A stretch of 64,000 bases of DNA, taken from contig CM059432.1 in NCBI GenBank assembly GCA_030390025.1, positions 102,550,001 to 102,614,000 of the forward strand, in the 5' to 3' direction. Below the pieces are notes generated by a model. It ran no database searches and was not told where the DNA came from. It worked only from the letters and a program-made list of their open reading frames with translations. This document shows positions 1 through 10,814 of this stretch, piece after piece. Made by a program: the position numbers and the translations under genes. How positions within the stretch are numbered: the first letter of the stretch is position 1; each line of letters starts with the position of its first letter. This DNA is from Squalus acanthias (lineage: Eukaryota).

Positions 1-809
1 GTTCCGATGCCAGTTACCAACATAGGTCTTCGTTACGCGACACGAGGTAGATCCGAACGGATCAGAAAGTTCAACAGTCTTTTTCAAAAAGGCACCAGGC
101 AAGCAGGAACAAGACTACGAGTCAAAACACAGGAGCAGCCACGAGGTTACGAGTCGATCGGATAAGAGAATAAGAGAAAGATGGACGGTTGGAGCTTGTA
201 ATTATAGTACAAAATCTTCCGTTTCCCGCCCAACCTTAATGTCCTTTCTTTTGTTTGGGTTTGGCGCTCAAATGTCTTGTATGGGTCATCTCCGTTCTTA
301 ATGGGTTTCGGGGCTACTCGTAACTGTCTGAGTACCTGTTAATATTTCTCCCATTGTTAAATCGATCGGTGTTCTCCCTGGAGGGGTCTTGGGGCTTCCA
401 AGTGTTTTGTATAACTACCTGCTAACGGCTCTCTCATCGTAGAGTCGTTGGGATTTTACATATTAATGTCTTTTGGATGGGCCCTTGATTACTCGGTACA
501 ATAGCTTTCATTCGTACCTGGGAGACCGATTTCAGTATTTATGTGTATACTGCAAACCCATAATGTCTCGTGTATTATCTTCACTGTGCTGAATCTTAAT
601 CGATCTTGCACAAATGTTTATTGGAACGCCATCTTGTCTGCCTGTCGAAAAGTCTAGAATGTTCTGTCACGAGGTGCGGCGGCCATTTTACAGGCTGCTT
701 GTGTCCACTTTGAGAAACCTGACAGCATTCTGCTGAAATAAAAGCTGTTTGAACGAGACTCTGTGTTTTCTCCTTATTAATAAAATCGCGATATATTGCG
801 AATTCTACA
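1..809 (-). mobile_element. Partial LTR, family A (runs off the window start)
   Basis: Clearly homologous to the right half of 26968-28637 and 58731-60351, and ends in the same ...GAATTCTACA terminus at 809. Abuts a Harbinger transposase remnant. Confidence 0.85.
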
Positions 810-1388
810 GATCTCAGGATTGTTATGCAGCGCCTGCAAAACCACGTGTGTGCAGTCGATGCCGCCCTGCACCATGGGGAAGCCCACTATCCTGGCAAAG
901 CCACTTGCGTGCTCGTCCTGGTTTTCTTTTTTCAGAGGGAAGGCAACGTAGTCCCTTCTCCTGGTGTAGAGAGCCTCAGTGACCTCCCGGACGCAGCGAG
1001 GGACGGTGAACTGGGAGATATTAGCTATGTCTCCTGCTATAGATTGGAAGGATCCGCTGGTGAAAAAATTGAGGGCCACGGTGACCTTGATGGCCACTAG
1101 GAGAGCCGTGGTCGCCCTGTTCTGAGGTGGCCGGTCTGGTTGCAGGAGGTGGCAAAGTTCTGTGACCACCACCTTGGTGAAGCACAGCCTTCTAATACAC
1201 TGCTCCTCGCTTAAGTGGAGGTAAGAGAAGTGCTCTCAAAAGATCCTAGGTGGGTAAGGCCTTCTATTGAGAGCCCTCCTGGCCCTCCTCCTCCTCCCTC
1301 TGAGAGCATCTTCTCCTCTTCTTCGCTGCCTCTGCTCCCTCTTCCGAAGATACTCATGCGCGAGGGGGACTACAAGTAGAGCCCCCAT
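810..1388 (-). pseudogene. Harbinger (HARBI1-like DDE) transposase, N-terminal part, disrupted
   Basis: RRPYPPRIF...KVTVALNFFTSGSFQ...GFPMVQGGIDCTHV, homologous to 43590-44867. Contains an internal stop and is cut off by the LTR. Confidence 0.85.
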
Positions 1389-1573
1389 GACTGTGAGTAA
1401 GTGTTGTGAGCAGAAGCCTTTAAATAAGAATGAAGGCATTCTCCACTTCCACCAACACTCCCTGCGATCTCAGGAACTTTAAACAAGTTTAGAAAGCTGC
1501 ACAATTTGCAGAAACTTAGACAGAGCTAGTCAAACTGAGAAACCATGTCAGCTGCAAGTTATTGATGATGATC

Positions 1574-1980
1574 CTTAAACATTCACTCCCTCCACCACCA
1601 GCGTACCGTGGCTGCAGTGTGTACCATCTATAAGATGCACTGCAGCAACTCGCCAAGGCTTCTTCGGCAGCACCTCCCAAACCCGCGACCTCTTACACCT
1701 AGAAGGACAAGGGCAGCAGGCGCATGGGAACACCACCACCTGCAAGTTCCCCTCCAAGTCACACACCATCCTGACTTAGAAGTATATCGCCGATCCTTCA
1801 TCGTCGCTGGGTCAAAATCCTGGAACTCCCTACCTAACAGCACTGTGGGAGTACCATCACCACACGGACTGCAGCAGTTCAAGAAGGCGGCTCACCACCA
1901 CCTACTCAAGGGCAACTAGGGATGGACAATAAATGCTGGCCTTGCCAGTGACGCCCTGATCCCATAAACGAAAAAAAAAA
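1574..1980 (+). mobile_element. 3' fragment of LINE family B (same family as 49539-52798)
   Basis: VAAVCTIYKMHCSNSPRLLRQHLP...KSWNSLPN...LLKGN*, followed by the GCTGGC-loop-GCCAG hairpin tail and an A-run. Confidence 0.9.
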
Positions 1981-2828
1981 TCCCTTTAAATAGCGCTGCT
2001 GGGGGCTCCTTCCTGCTGCTGAACGCTTGGTCAGCTGGTCGTGATTATGAGAGGGCGGTAAGTGGAGTGGCGACATCGAAAATGACAGATGGGGCGTCAA
2101 ATGAACATTGCACACTCAAGAACGTCACGATCTGCCTCATTTCCATTTCTGCAGCGAGCGCTGCCAACGGCAGTGCTGCTGACCTGCTGAAAATGACGGC
2201 CACCGCAGGACCCTCCGGAAGCATGCGGAAGCGAGTCGGACGCCATTTTTTCTTCAAAATGTGCCTTAACATCCGGCGCTAAACCCCTGAATTTCTAGGC
2301 CTGGGCTTCATTAAGGCTTTCTGCAAGTTCCTTTGTGCTGTGTGTTTCTGCAGCTTCCCCCCACCATTACATTTTTCTGCAGCAGTTCTGTTTTCTTCCA
2401 GAGGCTTTCAAATTTGATGCAATTGTTGACCTGCCCCTTTGGCCATCTGCAGCAAGGGAGACTCTGCAACTGGACACGAGATCCCTGCCACACAGTGGTG
2501 GACTCTTAATGGAAGGTGCAACTAGCCCGAGGAACCCATGCTGAACACTTAATGAACCTCGACACAGAAAAATGTGACAATGTCACAACGGAGCCAGCCT
2601 GGTGTCTGGAAGTCCCACCCTGTCCCATTTAGGTGAGAACGCCAAATACCTATCTTTCCCCATTTTCCTGTGAGTTTCTCCCGATTACATTGTAATTCCA
2701 TTCCATTTTGGTATTATATCCCTACCTTTTCCAATCCTCTCTTCTTTTTTCATCCCTTTTACAGTTTTGTTGTTTGCTCTTAATCTATCTGCTAGTAAAT
2801 GTCAGCACTTTCTCCAGCTCACAGTTCC

Positions 2829-3140
2829 TTTTTTTTATTCGTTCATGGAATGTGGGTGTCGCTGGCATGGCCAGCATTTATTGCCCATTCCTAATTGCCC
2901 TTGAGAAGGTGGTGATGAGCCGCCTTCTTGAACTGCAGAGGGCAGTTAAGAGTCAACCGCAGTGTTGTGGGTCTGGAGTCACATATAGGCCAGACCAGGT
3001 AAGGATGACAGATTTTCTTCCTTAAATTAATTTAAATTCCCCAGCTGCTGCCGTGGGATTTGAATTCATGTCTCATGGATCATTAGTCCAGACTGCTGGA
3101 TTACTAGTCCAGTAACCTAACCACTATGCGACTGTACCCC
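2829..3140 (-). mobile_element. tRNA-derived SINE: head and body shared with 52520-52798, 3' tail shared with LINE family B
   Basis: Minus strand: GGGGTACAGTCGCATAGTGG (A-box-like), GAATTCAAATCCC (B-box-like), body ...TTGACTCTTAACTGCCCTCT joined near 2936 to GCAGTTCAAGAAGGCGGCTC...GGGCAATAAATGCTGGC...AATAAAAAAA. Confidence 0.85.
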
Positions 3141-3232
3141 TTAGTCCTTAGAGCAGTGATTCCGCAATTGGCTGTTCCCAGCAGGGATTGGTACTTGTAG
3201 AGTACACATCATGGGACATTGTGGACACACAA

Positions 3233-4088
3233 GGGGAAAAATTCAGTATCGCCCCATTTGGGGCGCAATTATCGGCCGGGCGCAAAGATTAGCGCCTGGC
3301 GCTAATTATCGCCTTCGACTGCAAACTTGACTTTTATCGACCCTGGAGGTGATTGGAGCACTTAATCAGGTGCTACACATCTGTCTTAAGGTGCAAAGGC
3401 TGAGGAGCGAGGCGCTAACTCAGAGCGCTGGCGAAGCTCATGTGATGTCAGTCAGCAATGGAACACAGACACAATGGCCCTGGCCAGTTCTTGAAGAGGA
3501 GGGTTGATCTTGCTTTCCATCCACATCCTGCTCATTGCAGCCTTGAATCTCGGCCTGGAGAGACCTGTACATCAAATCTGCTGGAAAGAACAATGGAGAG
3601 GACCCAGGGAAAGAGCTCAGAGTGCAGCCCCCATAGTCTCTTCTAAATCGATGCAAGGAAGGGCAAATCAAATGAACCTGTAAAGTGCTGCTCAGTACCC
3701 AAAACTCCTTCACACAGCATTGAATCTCTCCAGAAGTCTCTCTCTCTCTCAGAATGCGTGGTTCAAAAATGTCACCTTCAAAAAAAGGCAGGAAGCAGTC
3801 GCCTTTAAATAGCGCTCCCCCAGTCCCTTCCTGACTGAAAATGCTCCCCTCAACCTGTCGTTGCTAGCGGCAGGCTCCAGGGCGCTACCGGGGCGTTGCG
3901 CACTCGACTGATGTCACGATCTGCCGGCGCAGGAGATCGTGGCGGTACTGTTTAGCACCGCAGCAAAATCTCTGGTTAATTTTGCGAGCGGCGCAAACAT
4001 CGGCGCGCCCGGGCGCTAGTTGCTTTGTGCCTCATTAGCGCCCTCTTAAAGCGCTAACGGGAGGCGCAACCAACTGAATTTTTCCCCC
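3233..4088. mobile_element. Non-autonomous TIR element (Harbinger-type MITE), about 860 bp
   Basis: TIR GGGGAAAAATTCAGT / ACTGAATTTTTCCCC. A near-identical copy lies at 34021-34921. Confidence 0.85.
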
Positions 4089-4141
4089 ACAGCCTTTAAT
4101 TTTCCGTCTATTCAAAGTAATGGACGGAAAATCATGCACTG

Positions 4142-4359
4142 TGACATGAATCTTGTCATTCATGTATGAAGTAATACTGGGCAGCCTGCTGGTGGTGCTG
4201 TCCAGGGAGAGTATAAATACTCGGGCATGGGCCCAGCTTGCTTAGGACATTCCTCAACAGGAACTAGTGAAGGACACAACTAGATCTCCATGTTGGAAAA
4301 CAGTTAATTAAAGCTTTGTTTAACGCTTAGACCAAGTGCCTGGTAGTTTTCTTACGTCA
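4142..4359 (+). repeat. 5' LTR of the gypsy element
   Basis: Direct repeat of 8401-8618 (9 differences by hand count). Contains TATAAATA and ATTAAA. Confidence 0.97.
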
Positions 4360-4459
4360 ATTTAATCAACTGGACCTGCTCCACGCTCTGAGTAGTTTTG
4401 GGAACAGACGGCTCCGACTCAAATGGTAGAAGGGAACCAGATATAGTAATCAATCCATC

Positions 4460-7400
4460 ATGGAGAAACTACTCCAACCCACCCGTCTTGACTTAGACCC
4501 GAATTCACCGACAACTGCTAAGGTATGGAAACACTGGTATCGTACCTTCAGCAACTTCCTCCGGGCATGTGGTGAGAATGTTCCTGATAAGTTAGAGATA
4601 CTTGCCAATTATGTATCCCCTTATGTGTTTGACTATATTGAAGACTGTGTAAACTATGACTCCGCTATCCGAATACTACAGCAACTATATGTCAAGGCCC
4701 CAAACAAAATTTTTGCTCGGCATCTACTGGTCACAACTCGACAACAACCCGGGGTATCACTTGACAAATTCTTTCAAAAGCTTCGCAGGCTCAGCAAAGA
4801 TTGTAATCTCAAGGCTGTCTCAGCTGAGCAGTACCAGGAGGAGTTAATTCGTGATTCTTTTATGAATGGAATTGCGTCTCCCTTCATATGCCAGCGTCTG
4901 CTGGAGAATAAAACCCTCGAGTTACAAGTTGCCTGTGACCAGGCATATTCTCTGGACTTGGCAAAAAAAATGCAGATGCCTATCTTTTACCACGTGCACG
5001 AGCTGCTGCTATCACTTTTAATGACTCCTCCGATAAGCCTCAGGCGGAAGCCCTCACTGATGACGACTCTATCCTAGCTGATGACGACCCTACCCTAGCG
5101 GCATCTTGGCAATCTAAAAGGAAGTGTTTCTTCTGTGGAGGTGCATTTCACTATAAGAAATGTTGTCCTGCTCGTAATGCAATCTGCAATCATTGCAGTA
5201 AGAAAGGCCATTTCTCGAAAGTATGTCAGTCAAGAGCCTCTTCTAGGGTTACAGCTGCTCCCTATAAAACTGCTCCTCCCCCAAGAGCCACTACTAATGT
5301 TACAACTGTCATCTATAAAACTGCTCCTCCCCCAAGAACCACTACTAATGTTACAGCTGTCAAGGATAAAACTGCCCCTCCTCCCATCACAGCTGTTTTT
5401 CCCCAAAGCCTATCCCATGCAGCCACGAAGGTTTCGGTAAATGGACACATTTTGAGTGCATTCATCGACTCATGCAGCTCTGACAGCTTCATCAGTGAGC
5501 AGGCTGTCAGTAAGTTAAAACTGCGGATTTACCCCTCAGACAGGGAAATTGCAATGGCTCTGACGACACTGACCACTAACTCTTCCGGCTTTTGTCTTGT
5601 CGACCTTATTCTCAATGGCCGCACTTATTTCTCTACCTGGCTCGGGGTGCTCAAAAACCTGTGCAGTGATGTGCTCCTGGGACAGGATTTCCAGAAACAA
5701 CACGAAAGACTCACTTTCGAGTTTGTAGGATCAAAGCCGGAGCTTACTATTTCCAAAGTACCGTTTTGTGCACTTTCGGCGGCTTCGCTCGCCGAGCCCT
5801 CCTTGTTTGCCAATCTTTCCCCCCGATTTAAGCCCATAGCCACTAAATCATGACGTTTCAGCCAAGATGACCTATCCTTTATCGAGGCAGAGATCCCTCG
5901 CCTTCTAGCTGATGGTATCATTGAGCCATGTTCATCTTCCTGGTGGGCTCAAGTCGTCGTTGTTAAAAATCCTCTCAACACAAGAAACGTCTTTGCATCG
6001 ATTACTCGCAAACTATTAACCAGTATACCGACCTGGACGCCTACCCACTACCACGCATCGATGACATGGTCAATAACCTTGCTAACTACAAGGTATTTTC
6101 AACTTTTGACTTAAAGAGCGCATACCATCAAGGACTGTTAAAGGACTCTGACAAAAAGTATACGGCTTTTGAGGTCAATGGTTGGCTTTACCAGTTTCGT
6201 CGCCTTCCATTCGGGGTCACCAATGGGGTGGCCGTCTTTCAACGGGCAATGGATAGCCTAGTCAAACAGGAAAACTTAACAGACATTTTTCCATATCTGG
6301 ATAATATCACCATTGCTGGTCATGACCAGAAGGAGCATGATGCCAACCTCCAGAAATTTCTTGACGTTCTCCGTCGTCACAACTTAACCTTAAATCAGTC
6401 CAAATCTGTGAAATCAGTACCATCAGTCAACATCCTTGGCTACTGGGTGGGCAATGGTGTCATCAAATCAGATCCGGAGCGACTTCGTCCTCTTCAGGAG
6501 CTCCCTCCTCCTACGAATCTCAGCTCTATCGTCGGGCCCTCGGCATGTTCACCTGTTATGCGAAGTGGATACCTCATTTTTCCAACAAGATCCAGCCCCT
6601 GCTTCATGCAAAGTCATTTCCGTTGGAGGCGAGGGCTATTTCAGCTTTCGACCTCCTCAAGCAACAACTGGAAAAAGCCACGCTTCATTCCATCGATGAA
6701 AATCTCCCTTTCGTGGTCGAGTGCGATGCATCGGAGGTGGCGATCTCGGCTACCTTGAATCAAGGCAGTCGACCCGTTGCATTTCTGTCTAGAACTTTGC
6801 AGGGTAGCGAGCTCCATTATCCTCCTGTCGAGAAGGAGGCTACGGCTATCATCGAAGCAGTACGTAAATGGAGTCATTTTCTCGCTCGTCGCCATTTCAC
6901 GCTCATAACCGATCAGCGCTCGGTGGCCTTTATGCTGGATAACCGGAAACGCACTAAAATCAAGAATAACAAAATACAGCTCTGGAGGATGGAATTGGCC
7001 ACCTTTGGCTACACCATACAGTATCGACCCGGCAAGGAGAATGTGGCCCCGGATACCCTCACGCGTGCATTCTGCTCTTCCATGTCAACTTCGATGCTTG
7101 CGGATCTTCATACTGACTTATGCCATCCTGGCGTTACCCGTATGTTGCACTTTGTGCGATCTAAAAATCTCCCATTTTCTACGGAAGTCGTGAAAAGAAC
7201 ATGCTCCACTTGTAGAATTTGCGCGGAATTAATTCTTCCGTCCGTCGGATGGCTCGCTCATACACGCTACACAGCCTATGCAGCGACTTACCATTGACTT
7301 TAAAGGGCCATTGCCTTCCTCAACGCGAAACACCTACTTGCTTACTATGGTGGACGAATATTCACGCTTTCCCTTTGCTTTCCCCTGTCCCAATATGCTT

Positions 7401-8111
7401 ACTTCCACAGTGATCAAATGCCTCGATCAGGTCTTTTCCCTTTGCGGTACGGCCAATTTCATCCACTCTGATCGGGGTCCCTCCTTCATGTCAAGCGAAC
7501 TCAAAAGTTATCTTTCCCAACGGGGAATCGCCACAAGTAAAACGACACTGTATCATCCTATTGGAAACGGACAGGTTGAGAGATACAACACTATCAATTG
7601 GAACGCTGTTCATCTTGCACTGAGGTCACGCAATCTACCAGACCAGCAGTGGGAAACTATGCTCCCTGACGCGTTGCATTCCATCAGGTCTCTTCTTTCT
7701 ACATCCAACAATGTTACTCCTCATGAACGATTCTTTGGGTTCCAGCGTCGCTTCACTCATGGGACGTCCCTACCATCATGGTTGGCAGCTCCTGGCTCCG
7801 TGCTGCTCCGAAGATTCGTCCGATCCTCCAAGAGTGATCCCCTCGTCGATGAGGTGGACCTAACGGATGTCAATCCTACATACGCGTACGTGCGGAACCC
7901 TGATGGCTGGGAGTCCACAGTTTCACTTCGGGATCTGGCTCCCTGCCCAACCGATCCCACGGACCCAATCGATAGAGAGATCCGTATTAATGACGCCGAT
8001 ACTCCGCGCTCCTCCGAGGATGACGCCCTACCCGGGACATCAAGGGATCTGCCAGCTACTCCGCTGGATCAACCCGGGGAACAGAGCGCTCCCCGTGGGA
8101 TGGCCACCTGA
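4460..8111 (+). pseudogene. Gag-Pol polyprotein with frameshifts and stops
   Basis: Gag MEKLLQPTRLDLDP..W.HW; two CCHC knuckles (CFFCGGAFHYKKCC, CNHCSKKGHFSKVC, about 5125-5226); protease FIDSCS; RT FDLKSAYHQ/LPFGVTN/YLDN; RNase H ECDAS..EKEA..TDQ; integrase IDFKGP/HSDRG/NGQVER. Confidence 0.95.
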
Positions 8112-8400
8112 AGCCAGGACGCCAGTCAATCACCGGCTACTGAGCAGGATGAAGCCAGCTCTGCGCCGGTGGGGACCCGCACCCGGAGCCACGATCTCCT
8201 CAGTCCCCCTCAGGTCGATCAAGGCGACACGGACTCTGCCAGCCCACCGGTACGAACCAAGCGACCCAGGGACCAAAACACAGTCTGAGGAGACGTGCCT
8301 TCCGGCCTCCAATGGAAATCCAAACGACTGCGTCTATTCTTAGTCCGGCTAATTTGGTAGAAGGAAGCCGCCGGACTTCCAATCTTTCAGGCGGGAAGAA

Positions 8401-8618
8401 TGACATGAATCTTGTCATTCATGTATGAAGTAATACTGGGCGGCCTGCTGGTGGCGCTGTCCAGGAAGCGTATAAATACTCGGGCATGGGCCCAGCTTGC
8501 TTAGGACATTCCTCAACAGGAACTAGTGAAGGACACAACTAGATCTCCATGTTGAAAAACAGTTGATTAAAGCTTTGTTTAATGCTTAGACCAAGTGCCT
8601 AGTAGTTTTCTTACATCA
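8401..8618 (+). repeat. 3' LTR of the gypsy element
   Basis: Direct repeat of 4142-4359, preceded by the PPT and followed by TSD CACTG. Confidence 0.97.
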
Positions 8619-8790
8619 CACTGCATGCCAAAATTTTCCTGGATGCTCTCCCTGCGAGTGCCACAACCACTGGGTGCACCGCTGGGGGCCTTGGATGCTG
8701 GAATCAGCCCTAAAATGTATTGCTTATAATCTGGATTGTTTCTAACCATGTGTATGTAAAGTTTGTTCTATTTTGCTTGGCACTTCAAGA

Positions 8791-8864
8791 GAACATACAA
8801 ACATAAGAATTAGGAGCAGGAGTAGGTCATACAGCCCTTCGAGTCTGCTCCACCATTCAATAAG
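8791..8864 (-). mobile_element. CR1 extreme 3' tail fragment
   Basis: ACATAAGAATTAGGAGCAGGAGTAGG...CCATTCAATAAG, the same tail as the CR1 copies at 13570, 25904 and 38044. Confidence 0.8.
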
Positions 8865-10814
8865 AAAGAAGAGAGAGAAACACTACAGTCCAGCGTTCGT
8901 TGGGTCAAGCAGTCAGTCGCAACTGGTGGTCATCAGAAGGAGAGACCAAGAAGAAGAAGGCCCAAGCTGGAAGCGAGTCGGCATCGCTCACCACTCGGAC
9001 ACACCTGAGTCCAGCTCGTGAAGATACCACCTCGACTGACCTCCAACAACGGCCCCAACACAGTCACCCGGAGCAACAAGCAGCAAAAAGTCACCGACGG
9101 CTCCACGAGGTCGACCGACACACCAAACAAGGCCTAAAGCCATCGCGGAAACCAAAGGCCTCACAAAACCAACAACCGCGCATTACCCCCAACTGACCGG
9201 GTAATTGCAGGCCACCGCGAACAAAAAAGACCAACTCCAGGGAAGAAAACCCGAAGAATCACAAAGTTTCCACACTACAAACTACTCCTGACTTACCCCT
9301 GGGTTAGATTTTCCCCAAAGACTCTAAGCCCTACTGCTAAACTAAAGAAATTGGGTACTCACCAGATAAATCCATAACGACATCCTACCGCATCAGCGGC
9401 CTCGCGAAGACTGACCAGAGACCCAGGTGAAGTCCTCTACCACGTACGGGGTACGGCAGACACTAACCGCCATAAACAACGAACCCCAAAACTGTGATTT
9501 AGCCCAACTGTCAAAGGATTGGTGAGCATTATCCCTGGTCCTTCAAAACCTAACTTAGCTAGTAAAGTGGGATTGGGAGGGGTGAAGTATTTACATACAT
9601 AGATACATAGAAGATAGGAGCAGGAGTAGGCCATCCGGCCCTTCGAGCCTGCTCCGCCATTTAATGAGATCATGGCTGATCCTCCAATTCAGTATCCCGT
9701 CCCCGCCTTCTCTCCGTAACCCTTAACCCCTTTTGCCTGTAGAAATATATCTAATTCCCTCTTAAATATATTTAATGAGCTGGCGTACACTGCCCTCTGT
9801 GGCAATGAGTTCCACAGGTTCACCACCCTCTGAGTGAAGAAATTCCCCCTCATTTCTGTCCTAAATGGTTTAGCCCTTATCCTTAAATTATGTCCTCTAG
9901 TTCTGTTCTCACCCGCCAAGGGAAACATTCCTTCTGCATCTAGTCTGTCTAGACCTGTCAGAATTTTATACACTTCTATGAGGTCCCCTCTCAATCTTCT
10001 AAACTCCAGTGTGTACATCCCTAAACTACATAGTCTCTCCTCATAGGTCAATCCCGCCATTCCTGGTATCAGCCTGGTGAATCGCCGCTGCACCCCCTCC
10101 ATGGCAAGAACATCTTTCCTCAGATGAGGCGACCAAAACTGTACACAGTACTCGAGGTGTGGTCTCACCAGTGCCCTGTACAGCTGCAGCAAGGTATCCC
10201 TGTTCCTGTATTCCAACCCTTTTGCTATGAAGGCCAGCATACTGTTTGCCTTCCTGACCGCCTGCTGCACCTGCATGCTCGCCTTCAGTGACTGGTGTAC
10301 AAGAACACCCAGGTCTCTCTGTACTTCCCCCTCTCCCAATTTATTGCCATTTAAATAATAATTTGCCCTCCCGTTCCTGCACCCAAGGTGGATAACTTCG
10401 CACTTGTCCACATTATAGTGCATCTGCCATTTATCCGCCCAATCACCCAGTCTGTCCAAATCGCTCTGGAGCTTCCTGGTCTCCTCCTCTGAGCCCACCC
10501 CCCCTCCTAGTTTAGTGTCGTCTGCAAATTTGGAAATGCTGCATCCGACTCCCTGATCCAGGTCATTAATGTAATTTGTTCTACTGTCATTTCCCTCGCT
10601 TGTACCGAAGTGTTCCCCACCTTTAGAGTGATAAGAGTGTTATTATTTGTGTCTTACCTTTTGAATAAAGATTGAAGTTCTTTCATCAAACTCAGTTGTC
10701 TGCTGCACCTTTGTATCACAACCCCCAAATAAGTCCAAGGTCTAGAACCAAAGGGAGTGGGAGCGATTCGAACTGCTCAGAAGTCAGAGGTAAAGCTGAC
10801 ACAAAACCACTACA
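8865..10814 (+). mobile_element. Probable LTR fragment (family D) split by a CR1 insertion
   Basis: CpG-rich non-coding sequence at 8865-9590 resumes at 10575, has AATAAA near 10664 and ends ...TACA at 10814, where Harbinger-derived sequence begins. No left terminus or TSD found. Confidence 0.45.
9592..10574 (-). mobile_element. 5'-truncated CR1 LINE (RT C-terminus and tail)
   Basis: Open frame 9689-10498 (KFADDTKLG just upstream; LYRALVRPHLEYCVQFWSP; FFTQRVVNLWNSLP) and a short-repeat tail near 9592-9612. Confidence 0.95.

Larger units (their letters stand above)
810..2301 (-). mobile_element. PIF/Harbinger element fragment, truncated or interrupted by the LTR on its left
   Basis: Carries a transposase remnant. 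Right end GAATTTCTAGGCC matches the GGGCCTAGAAATT terminus at 61956. A LINE tail is nested at 1574-1980. Confidence 0.75.
4142..8618 (+). mobile_element. Full-length decayed Ty3/gypsy LTR retrotransposon (Mag-like gag)
   Basis: 218-bp TG...CA LTRs at 4142-4359 and 8401-8618. 5-bp TSD CACTG (4137-4141, 8619-8623). Polypurine tract AGGCGGGAAGAA precedes the 3' LTR. Domain order gag-PR-RT-RH-IN. Confidence 0.97.

Noticed and set aside
3438..3713. Conserved ORFs shared by the two MITE copies (also 34247-34697)
   Set aside because: The similarity reflects repeat copies. Frames and stops differ and no domain is recognisable.
7867..8343. env-like or extra ORF after integrase
   Set aside because: Short, overlaps the integrase tail, and has no signal peptide or transmembrane segment.
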